From the NCBI GenBank assembly GCA_016208765.1, contig JACQXK010000038.1:14955-78954 (forward strand): DNA of 64,000 nucleotides. The letters are read 5' to 3'. Below, one piece after another: positions 12,001-24,000 of this stretch (position 1 is its first letter; every line of letters begins with the position of its first letter). The DNA comes from Candidatus Omnitrophota bacterium. GTDB lineage: Bacteria > Omnitrophota > Gorgyraeia > Gygaellales > Profunditerraquicolaceae. The notes under the pieces were generated by a model that did no database searches, was not told where the DNA came from, and saw only the letters and a list, made by a program, of their open reading frames with translations. The position numbers were made by a program, and so were the translations under genes.

Positions 12001-15000
12001 CTCCACAACCACCGGCGACGCTGCAGCATTACCCTGCCTCTTCGCCGCTACCATTGCCTGGGCAAGGCTAGCGATAGCCTTAACTTCTTCATTTTCAACC
12101 AAAACACTACTGGCTGAAACATCTACCACAACAGGCTGTCTTGATTGTTGCGCCAATGTTTGCCAAGCCAAAGAAGCAACAGGTTTGCTGGAAAATTCTC
12201 CAGCAAAATAAGTTCTTCTGACGGCCGGATCTCGAAAAGAAAAATGTTGTTTATACTCAAGTTCTGAAGCTCTTGAGCTATAAAGAGGGTTGATTTTCTC
12301 AAAACGACGAGCTGATAATAATTCCCCTGCTTTAGAATAATAATCTATTCCATAGCTATACAAAAATTTGTTTATAAGCTTTACTTCAAACTTATTCCCG
12401 CCAGCTACCACTAGTGCACCTTCAGGTTTTAATGCTTGAGTCATTGCCCAAATAGCTGTTTTTTGTTGTTCTGGTTCCCAGTAGTGTCCAAGCACGTTAG
12501 CAGTTAAAATTAAATCTACACCATCTCTCAATGCTCTTATTCCTCTACCAGCAAAACTTCTAACATCAGGGAAAAGAAGAAAATTATCATTAATCCCAAA
12601 ATCCATTCTTATCCCAACAGGAACTTCTTCTCTTTCCAATCTATCCCGAGCCGATACAAGATGTTTAACAGTATTATCCACACCAATCAGGTCAACATTA
12701 CGATATCCAGCGTCAGATAAAACACGCGCAAATTCAAACACAGTCGGTGCTCCGCTATGGCCAATACCCAAATCAACAATTGTCAAATGCTGTTCAGGAG
12801 CCTTACCGGCGCTCTGTAAATATCCAACTACATCCTGATGCACTAGTCCAAGCCGGCCCGGATAAGTTACACTCTGTGTACGCTTGTTAAGAGTAAACCT
12901 TGTAGCTTGAGCAGTTGGCGAGGAAACTATTGCTGAAGAGGCACTGGCTTTTTTCTGAATATCCACAGCTACTGGCACAGCTTTAACTACTGCATGGTCA
13001 ACTTTAATAGTTCTTACTATATGATTATTTTCACCCCTTACAACAAGGTTGGATGGGTTGCCAACCTTCACAACTTCGCTTACTGCCTTAGGAGAAGCGC
13101 TTTTAACATTATCTGCTAGCGCTCCGGTAACAAGGCCAAATTTTACCCCGCCCGAAATTAAAGCAGCCACTACCACAGGAATAAGGAACTTCACCGGATT
13201 AAATTTAATCTTACCAACGGCATCGCGAGAAATCATTTCATCAACTGTTTCAGAAATAACACCACCGCTATCAATTCCTGACTTAGCGGGCCTTTCCAGA
13301 GTATGCCCTTGAACAATATCAAAAGCGTCAAACCCGATACCAATAACGTTTGCCCAACGAGCAAGTCCTTTTTCCTTAACAACAGAATAACTTGCTCCAG
13401 CAATCTGCATGGCGTTTCCTACCTGACTCACTGCTCCACCGAAGAAAACATCAAGCGGAGTGCCAAGAGTAATCGCCAACTGCGATAACCAAGCGCCTTT
13501 TGAGCTGTTATTTCCAGAAACTAAATCTATAGTTCTTACTGCAGTTCCCAAGCCGGCAACTGTTGTTAATAAACCACCCTGTACATACGAGAGAATTTCA
13601 ATAGATGGAGCATGATCAATAGCAAACATACTACCTAATACACCGACGGAAGTTAAAGATAAACCTGCAGCAGTCCATCTTAATCCCTTACGCAAATCAT
13701 TAGAATTAATTGCTGAAGAAGACTGGTTAATTATATTTCTTGGAGAGACATAAGCGGCAACAATAGATGTTACAACTGGTGTTGCAATAGGAGCCGATAA
13801 AACAACTTCTTTTTTACCAGTAAGTGCTGTTAATACAGCTGAGGAAACGATAATTTTCTTATCTACGGCCTGATTATTTTCTGGAGGCTGAACAAAGAAT
13901 GCTGCGCGTTTTAACAAATTAATTAAGCTTGAATCTTTAACCTCTTGCAGAGATCTTATTAATGGCACCAAAGGAGCATTGTCTTTTTGCTTGGTAAATT
14001 GGGTTGCTTTAACAACTGCCGGGCTGGCCTTAACAACTCTTTCTATCTGCTGATTTTCGTCATTTAAAATAAAGTTTGAAGGTCTGCTCACCTGCACAAC
14101 CCTGCTTACTGCTTTTGGAGTAGCACCAGAAACATTATTTGCCAATGTTCCGGTAACAGGACTTAATTTTACTCCACCAAAAATTATTACTGCTAATGCC
14201 AAAGGAATAAATAACTTTGCCAGATAAGACTTCATTCTTCCAACAGATGAAAAAGTTGCTCTTTGTGCGCTTGCAGGAGTTACTGATGGGATTACCACAG
14301 GGGTTACTACTGGAACAGTAATTGCTTGTTCCGGCGGGCTGCGTCCGCGGGAAGCTTCTATTGCTGCGCTAACTACCTTTTGTGCTTCAGGAATTCCCAC
14401 TTTGTCGGTGGCTGATAAAGGCACATCGGAAGACGCATTTTCTTTTGAATCAGAAAGCGCCGCTAATACAGATGAGGAAGCGATAATCTTTTTATCTTTA
14501 GCACTCTCTACTTCCGGAGGAAGGCCATAAACTGGCTTGCGTTTTAAATTCATAATAATAGGAGAACTTGTATCATCATCTTCCTCTGGCTGCTGGCCAT
14601 TAGTTTGAGCTGTTGGCGTAACAAACTTAATCTTATTTCCATTGGTACACTGCACAAAATCAATAATATAATCCATTGCTTCACCAGTATTTTCCATTTC
14701 AAGCATTCTTTCAGATAAGCTTAATAATGAATTCCCTCCCTGATTAATGGTTCGCTGGATTAAATCCTGAATATTATAGCTTCCCGGGCAGAATTTAGCT
14801 AAGTGCAAATTTTTATCTTGATCTAAAAAGTGCAATAAATCAACCATGCTATAATATTGAACCAAAGCTTCATTTAAACCCCACTCTGTAATACCTAAAT
14901 CTACACGTTGAAATTCTTCATTATCTAACCCCAATCTATTCTGAAATTGGTTTAAAAAGCCTTCGTATTGTAATCTGGTATTATTATCTATTATACGCCT

Positions 15001-18000
15001 CGTATCGTGCTGCACATAATCAATTACACTGTGATGCAACTCATGAGCTCCTCCGCCAACGTTATACTCGCCTACAACATTAGTCGTAACAGAAAGTCTT
15101 CCTCCTGAGGAAACCTTATAATTAAAATTCATTGCAGCATCAAGTCTAAAATCGCCAGTTTCCTTATCCACCTGTGCCGGGGTAACCGCATTAGTTTCTT
15201 CATTTCTGATACTATTTGCCGGCATCAAGTTTACCCTGCCTCTTTTACCCCTCATTGCTGCCTGCCACATTCCAACCCCCCATCTTTCATCAACTGCCGC
15301 CTGACCTCTTGCTATCAGAATCTCTGCTTTTCTCTGAAGAGATGGACGCATTGCCGCTGAAACTTCTTCTGGAGTAGAGGTAAAAAGTGCTAAACCGCGG
15401 ACATTATTTAAAGCTGCTCGATACTGAGTTATCATATCATTTAATGCTGCTTGTCTTGTTTGAACCATTTCTGTAGTTAATGCAATAGGTCTCCCATTTC
15501 GTAACCGATTTTCCGATCCCCTAGCATTAGAACCTTCTGTCAACCTCTTGTTTAGAACATTTTTTGCATTTTCAGCGTTGTATATTTTCTTCTTTAAATA
15601 ATCAATCGCTTGTCCCCTGCTAAACACATTCACCCTGCCTGCCATTCCATTAGGCGAAAGTATTTCCTGCAAAATTTCGCTTAATTGCGATGCTTTAGAT
15701 GGGGATAAAAATGCCCCAAATGGCAAGAAATTTAAAGCCGCCTGAATAAACTGTTCAGTTACTGTCTCTTCAACAGTTCCAGTTACCACCATGCTATAAA
15801 GCCGCTGCCCAATAATCTTTCCTGCTCCCAAAGAGCTTTCTCTTGGAGAAGATTTTAACAACATCCCGGCACCCAAAGTTTCTTCTACTCCTTTACCTAT
15901 TGCCTGAAATTTATATCCGAAGTTGCGCCACTTAATCGCCCCAAAAGCTGATTCTGCAAAAGGCTGTAACCCCGCTAAAGTTGCCGAGAAAATTAAATTA
16001 GTTCTATCTACCTTCTTAAAGAAACCGCTTAGTGTCTTTGGTGCCTGGTCAAATGAATCTACTTTTATATCACCAATCTTCTTCTTATTATCTTGAATAT
16101 TGTCACCCTCTGCGTAAGAACCAAATAACCCGGCAAAATATGCTCTCTCAGCAATCCTACCAGCAACCCTTAGCTTGCTTTCGAAACTCCCTGCTTTATC
16201 AAACGCACCCAACAAAACTGCATATTTATCTCTGCTTGCCGGGCCTTTGCCCTGTTTTGATTCTTCAGGCGTAATCCAGAAAGCTCCGTAAGTAAAATTC
16301 AACAGCGATTTTTCCCAATCTCCATATGCTGCAGGAGAAATGTATGTTTTAGTAAAAGCTGATAAAGACTCCACTACTCCTTGTAACGGAGCAATTACAG
16401 TAAACAAATTAATCATCGTTCCTCTTAAAGCAAAATCCCAAGCTATACCTTTAGTTCCTGCTAAACTAAGTCCGGCCACTTGCCGCGAAGTTTTATCAAG
16501 AAATGAATCCCTTAATCCCGGTATACGGGAAGCTACAGATGCAACCAAATTAACTGTTCCTAGCCATTTCATACCAGTACCAATTCGCCCAACAATTAAT
16601 CCTAAATCCGCTCCATTTTCACCAATTGTTGCACCTTTTAAACCGAATGTACCCTCTACAGCCCCCCAATGCTCTAATCCATAACCTGCGCCAATCATAA
16701 GGGTAGAAGAAATTATCGGATGCTCTACACCAAATAAATGTATATCACTTAATTTAAATTTACCAACCTTAGAAACAAAATAAAGAGCCGGCAAAATCAT
16801 CATTGCCTTGCCAATATTTTCCCCATATTTTGTACCAGAGAAGCCGTATGTCGCTAAACCAGTCAATGCTGTAGCAACAGGAATAACAAATTGCGGGCTA
16901 CTAACAGATTTCCAGAAAGTTGTGGCTCCGGCATTAACTCCTCCTACCGCGCTACTGGCATGTCCTTCTCCCGGAGGAACGCCGCCTTTTCTCCTCGAAC
17001 TAAATACCCAATCCCACATTTTTTCCCCGCCATTAATTACATTTTCTCTAATACCTTTTGCTGCGCCGCGTCCAAAACCTATCTGAGGCTCTAACGGGCC
17101 TTTAATATAAGTTTCGCGCGCAATAAGGCCAATTTTAGTTGCACCCAGCATATTAGCGCCTAAAAATAAAGCGTAGCGCCAATGATTCAACTTACCAGCT
17201 TCTTTATATTTATATGGGTAAACTTCTAATTTCTTACCATCTCTTTCTACCAATACTTTCTCTTTTGTTGTATCTAACTTTTTCTGGCCATATTCATCTT
17301 CCTCAATCATAAAAACTTTCTGCTCTTCAAAAAGATACGGCCGGGTTGCCTCAGCAAAGTCAGGTTTTCTTTTCTGTGGATCAAGCTTCCAAGCCCATTC
17401 CTCAAGCTTGCCATCAACCATTTTCTTTGTTCCATAAAATAGCGCAGCACCAGAAGCTAAATTGCCAGCTAATAATCCTGCTTGGCCAGCTAATCTTAAT
17501 ATTGGGAATACATTGCGCAAACCAACTCCAAATGCTGCACCAGCAATAACATCTGTTTTCCAACCATCGCCAAACAATTCTCCTGTAAGTTTATAATTCG
17601 CATAAATTCCACTTGCTACACCAAGAGATATATAAGGAGCATAATATGCTACACTGTGACCTAAAGCCTTCCATCCTTCTAATCCATTAGCCACAGTACC
17701 AAAATATTTTGCTTCAGTCCTCCCCAACAACGACCTCTCTAAAGCAGATTCAGTGGTACCAGGAAGACGTTCCTTCCTAGCAACAAAAGCTCTTGAGCTC
17801 AACACACCAGACAAACTTTTCATCATTAATAATCCACCGATACCAGCAAGCACTAATCCGGCGTCTGCCACATAATTCCATGACTCTGAGGGCTTATCTT
17901 TAGGACTATTACTCATTCCCCATCTATATAAACCATATCCTCCGACAATCATCCCAACTGAAGTACCAATAGCCCAGCCTCTTCTGCTGTTATATTTCGC

Positions 18001-21000
18001 TTCCTTTTCCCCTAAACTATTCCAGAATTTACCTGCCCTGGTTTTTCCTAATTCCCCGGAAACTAAACCTAAAGAATTAAATACCGCGCTCAACCCAAAA
18101 GCACCTTTAGCTACAGTATCCATACTATAAGCCATAGCAGTTACCTGACGGGAAACATCCTCCAGGCTAAACTGCCCGCCGCTCATAGCATTACCTACAA
18201 AAGTAGAAAATACCGTATTCCAGACTACTAAATTTGCTGCATCACTATGAGTCTTTACAAAAACAGCTCCTAACCGCTGCGTAAACTTATAGTTTGTTAT
18301 TCTTAGGCCGGTATCGGTACCAATAAGTTTATATGTCTGGCCTTTTAATAGTCCCTTTGGAATATTAAAATACTCCGATTCGCTTATTCTAGTAGCCATT
18401 GTTTTATATCCCTTAGTAGCCCCTATTAAACCACCCAAGAACATACCCCACTCTGCACCAGTTGCAGTAGGCACTTCGCCTGTTTGGTCAATCAACATCT
18501 GTTTTGCATGGTCCGCAAAAGAAATTAAACCATGTAAAGTATCCAAAGGATGTGCTGCTGCAGAAATAGAATAACTTCCGCTTGCTGCCTGCGCAAAAGT
18601 ATCTGCAAAAGAATAAAGATAAGCGCCTACAGCCGCGCGCATCCAGCCAAAACTGCTATTCTGCTGCACATCTCTTAAATAATCAGTTACCTGCTTTCTT
18701 TCTTGCATTTTCAATTGGTCAATTACTGCATTAGTTTTGCTGTAACTACGTTGCCCGGAAAATACGCCTATAAAATTTCTACCAGAATTAACTAATACAC
18801 CCCTTAATACTGGTCCCAAGAAATCCAAATTCCCGCCCTTAACAGACTCAGCAACTACCCTGCCGTTTGCATCCAAATCATATTTTACGCCGGCAAGATC
18901 ATATTTTGCAAGAGCAGTAGAAACAGTTAGAGGATGAGTAAGAAGACGCACCGCACCATTGCCAAACAAACGAAGCTTAGAAATCTCATTAGTTTTTTCA
19001 CTTACTTTTAAGAAAATGTTCCCTGTGGCAAAAGATGGCTTAAGCAATGCCACTCCGCCCCAGCGCGCAACTAAACCTAACCCTGCGCCTTTAAGCGCGT
19101 TAGACCAAGTGTGGCCTTCTTTTGTGAAAAACGGGTAAATCCCAGCGCCGGCAGCAGACCAACCAGCACTATAAATTAAATTACCTCTTAGAGGCGTTTT
19201 CCAAATCCATTGGAATGTCGCACTTTTTTCCGCCTCATTCAAACCTAAACCAAAAAGTCTTGCTGAAGACACATAAGATAAATACGCAATATTGCGCGCA
19301 ACGAAGCCAACAGCAGCGCCCTCAAGAAAGTTTCTTCCACTCCAGCCATTAACAGCGCTATTAATCAACCCGCCCGCACCTGCCCAACCTAAAGAATAAC
19401 CAATATGTGCAGCGCGGCTTGCTTTCTGCGCTCCAATAAGATAGCTCATTCCCTTGCCTAAAGCCCCAACTCCTCTTAATTGCCCAACCGCAGACGGAAT
19501 ATATCCCGAAGCTAAAGATACAGCTCCCTCACCAAAAGTCAGCGGTCTACCGGAGCTGGCAATACTTCCGGCATTACCAAGGGCGTATGAAGCATACGCA
19601 AAAGTTGCTCCACTTTCTAGCGTCCTGCCAGATGCAGCAATAATTTGTGTGGCAACTCCTGCCACTCTTGCAAGACGACTTGCCTGAACAACATTTACCG
19701 CTGCCTCAGTAAAATCCATTGCCCCAGCTCCAACACCAGCGCCACTAACAACCGAAGCAGATGCTCTGGCAAATTGAGCTGCTTTTCCTAAAGCAGCCGG
19801 AGCAGCACCCAAAACACCAGCAGTAACTCTTTCAGACCAAGTTAACGTTTCACCAGTAAGCCCGTATTTTAATATTTCCGCTCCGGCAATAGAATATGCT
19901 GCGGCTCCGGCAATCATAATTAAAGATACACCTGTAGGAGCGCCTACGCCAGTTGCAGACAAAACTGTCCCAGCGACATAAGCTGCTGCTGCTCCACCGT
20001 ATATTGCCGCAGATCTTGTTGTTACCGCATCATCCACTACCGCGATCGGTATATAACCGTGTTTTAATGCCCTTTCAGCAAATGCTCCCATAAATACCCG
20101 CTGCGCCTGCGCATAGGATGTCCTTAAAGCATAATTATTGAATACCCTAACTTCACCTGAGCTTACATCAATATCACTAAAACTTATATATTCCATTATC
20201 CCGGTTTGTGGGTTTATCACCAATAACTTGCGGCTTCTCTCAGAATCACTCCTCCAAAAAGCCATTTGGCCACGCCAGGAATCAGTAGTATTAAACAAAG
20301 CTACCATATTCTCTGCTGCCCTTGGATTATTAGATAACATTTCACGCAGAACTTTTCCCCGCGTCTGTACACTTAATGCCTCAGTAGACGCCAAAAGCGT
20401 GCCGCTATTAGCTTCTTTTCTTGTCTTTCTTTCAAGCCATTTCATTTTTCCGTCGGCAGAACGATAACAATCATAGGCAAAACCAAGCTGCTGAAGCCAC
20501 GGCTGCAGAGTATAACGAGTATCGCCTATCTGAATATACTGCTCAAATACACCTCTATTAAGACTACGAACCCATCGCCCTTTTTCTCCGGAAGCAAAAG
20601 CAACATCTTCTGACAACTGAGTGCCACTCGCATTTGCCAGGCTAACATAAAACAACTTATTTGAATATTGCGCGCCAGATAAACAAAGATACCTAACGCC
20701 GTCAATTTCTGTCTCTCCTTTTACATATACCCGCGCGCCATTAAACATATAAGCCATTTCGCCTTGCGGAGTTTTTACCTGCCTTAAACCAGTGCCCGGA
20801 AGCACTTCCAAGCCGTAAGGCATATAATCGGTCAAAAGCGGAGCGCCAACCTCTGTTTTCTTTCTTGTCTTGCCCTCTTGATAAGAAATGCTTAATTGAT
20901 TACCATCCTGAGTTACGATCACCTTATCTAAATCTCCAGCAGCTTGGGCTTTAACTACAATATTCATTATGCTGGTTAACCCTGCGCCTAATTGAATATT

Positions 21001-24000
21001 AAATTTATTTGCTATATTGGCATACTGTATTGCCCTAGCTTTGTTATCCACTCCGCCGGCAGCAAGATAACGCGAGACTAACATACAGGCAAGATCTGGG
21101 AATATATTGGTTGGGCCAAATTGCTCTGCTTTAGCAAGGTAAGCACTTCTTGTAACCGGATCAACTGTGCGTTTTGCCATTTCTGTGTAATACATCTGCA
21201 TTACATGAAATCCAGATAAGCTTTTTCCATTAGCCGCGTTAAACTCAGAGGTAGTCAAATGCAATAATTTTCCATCTTTATATACCACAATTCTCACAGT
21301 ACCCTTGTTACCCGGAAGCCCGTCGTACGCTTCAGGCCTCGTGATTAATTCTCGCACATCAACAATTCTACCCTTACTATCTACTGTAGTTTCTCTATGA
21401 GTTAAATCCACTGGTATCAATTTACCGTCTTTATTTCTAAACAATCCCGCCACATGCGGCTCTTCCAGGCCATCTATAATCCCCGAGGTAACCCTGCCTT
21501 TAAGCCCGGTTAACTCAGCCAATTGATAAAAAAGAGTAGTTGCAGCAACACAATTGACTTTTCCAGTACTTGGATCTTTGAGCTCTTTTGTTAAAGCAGT
21601 GTTAAGCAAAATAAATGCTTTTATAAAAGCGACCTTGTCTTCTTCTGTTTTCTTTAAACCTCTTAGAACACCATCAAGATCTTGCCAGCTTGCTTTAGCG
21701 CCATTCGTATCCAACCATTTCAACGTCAACATAACTAATCTATCAGCGCCTTCTTCTTTAGGGATCGGCCTCCCTCTATTTGCCTTTATAAAATTCCTTA
21801 GCCACTGATCAAGATTCTGTTCCTTTCCTAAAGCACCTAAAGCAGCTAACGGATCAAAAGCCCCCTGCTCAAATTCAGGCATGACTAATTGGCCGTCTCT
21901 AACTTTAAAAACTGCTCCACCTTGGCTAATCGCTCCACTTGATATTTGACCATTGGAATCAAAGGAAACTTTACTAGAACCATCAAAAACTAAATCATTA
22001 CTTCCAACTACCTTGCCATCTTTATCAAGAATTGCCTGATATTTCAAATTACCCTTAAAGCCATTACTAACAATTTCATAATTTCTTAAGTCTTGAGATA
22101 TTGATCCGCTAAAATTATAATTAAGACGAGTTAAGAAATTAGAGGAGGCTCCAGAGACCTTGCCATCAACACCTAAACTTAAAGTATTCAACCCCCTGTT
22201 TGCTGCAACAGGCTTTTCTACTTTGTCTTCACCCACACCAGTTTCCTGCTGACCACCAGTTGTTTGAGCATAAAGAGCCTGTTTTCCATTAGCTAAGGTC
22301 ACGCTTACCTGCTTAGTGCCATCTCCTTCAACTCCAGTAACCGCTCTCCATTTACCAGGTTCAGTCATGAATCTGGCTGATGTATCTATTCCTTTAATAT
22401 TACCTGCTGCATCCCAACTTACTCTCTTGGCAAATTCACCTAAAGCTCTTTTCTCATAAACATCAGTAAATAATGCTGTGTATTTCTTACCATCTAATGG
22501 CTGCCAGTAACCTGCATGTCCGCCTTTTATCTGCCCCTTTGCATCAAAAGATACTTGTTCTCCTTTTGTTCCAGTAAAGGTTAGACCGCCGTCGGCAGCA
22601 GCATAAGAAACAGCATCTTTATCTCTAAATTGTCTAACAAGATTTTTATCTCCTTTATACCCTTGATTAACTACTGTATAATTCCTTAAATCTTGGCTGA
22701 TAGAACCACCAAAGTTATAGCTTAATCCTGCGATATAGTTTGAAGATACACCGGATAGATTACCATCAACACCTAAATGCATTGTCTGCGCATGGCGGGC
22801 TGTAGCAGTAGCAGAACTCTCTTTATCTTGAGGAGAAGCGTTGGTTTCCTGGCCCTGAGATCTTTCGCCAAACCAGGCCTGTTTTCCATTAGCTAAGGTC
22901 ACGCTTACCTGCTTAGTGCCATCTCCTTCAACTCCAGTAACCGCTCTCCATTTACCAGGTTCAGTCATGAATCTGGCTGATGTATCTATTCCTTTAATCT
23001 TACCATCTAATGGCTGCCAGTAACCGCCAAGCTTGGTTTCAAGGGTACCATCTGCATTAAAAACAGCTTTATCTCCTGCCCTCACAAAAGCTAAGCCACC
23101 TTTTGCCAAAGAATCATTATTTCTGCTCAGCTGAACTGTCAAAGATGCATCCCCAGAAAAAGTTGAATGCAAAGTTGAATTTCTGAAATCTCCAGACAAA
23201 TTCATAGAGGCAGAATTAAGCTGAGACACAGAAATGTCTGCTATCTGCACACCAGAAGATCGAAGAACGCCAGAACGTTTGGATAATGTTAGCTCCCTAT
23301 GGCTATAACTTACCTTATTATTATCATTACCTGATTCGTCTTTCCTGAGTTCCGGCTGAGGTGTCTGTGCCAAAACCAATTCATTATCTCCGCCAAATTG
23401 CAAATATGGTTTCCCTGCGGCATTAACTCCAGCCACCAAATCCTGCACCGAACCACCAGGCATAGTTAAACTTCTTACTTTAAAATCAAGCCATTTCTTA
23501 CCACCATCCTCTACCCAGAAACTTACACCTTTAAGTGTTACATGCCTTAATGCCACATTATTTCTATCAGTCAAATCCACATAATAATTTCCCGACGCAT
23601 TAATTCCTCTCCACCCTGACTGGAATCCTCTATCTTTAACAAATCCATTTTCATTTAACGTAAATGTCTGCCCCTTTAAAGAACCGCCGTCTTTACGCGC
23701 GGCGGCAATAATTGTTCCTGTCCTACCTTGTTCTCCGGAAACAAACTCTCTAATATCACTTCCAATTGCATGCCTCGTATTCTCAAACATCGGCGAGAAG
23801 TTGATGTTGGTGCCGAGGTTAGCAGAATTAACTTCAAAGATTGCTGCACGCTGCAAGCCGCCAGAAGCGCCCTTTGAATGATATCTTTCTGTATCGCTCT
23901 TTGGATTAATTTCTTTGGTGGACCAAGATGTAATAGGTAAAGTTTTAATGTCGGCTTGCTTATTCTGCGCGCTGTCTTTTTCATCAAATTTAATTTCTTC

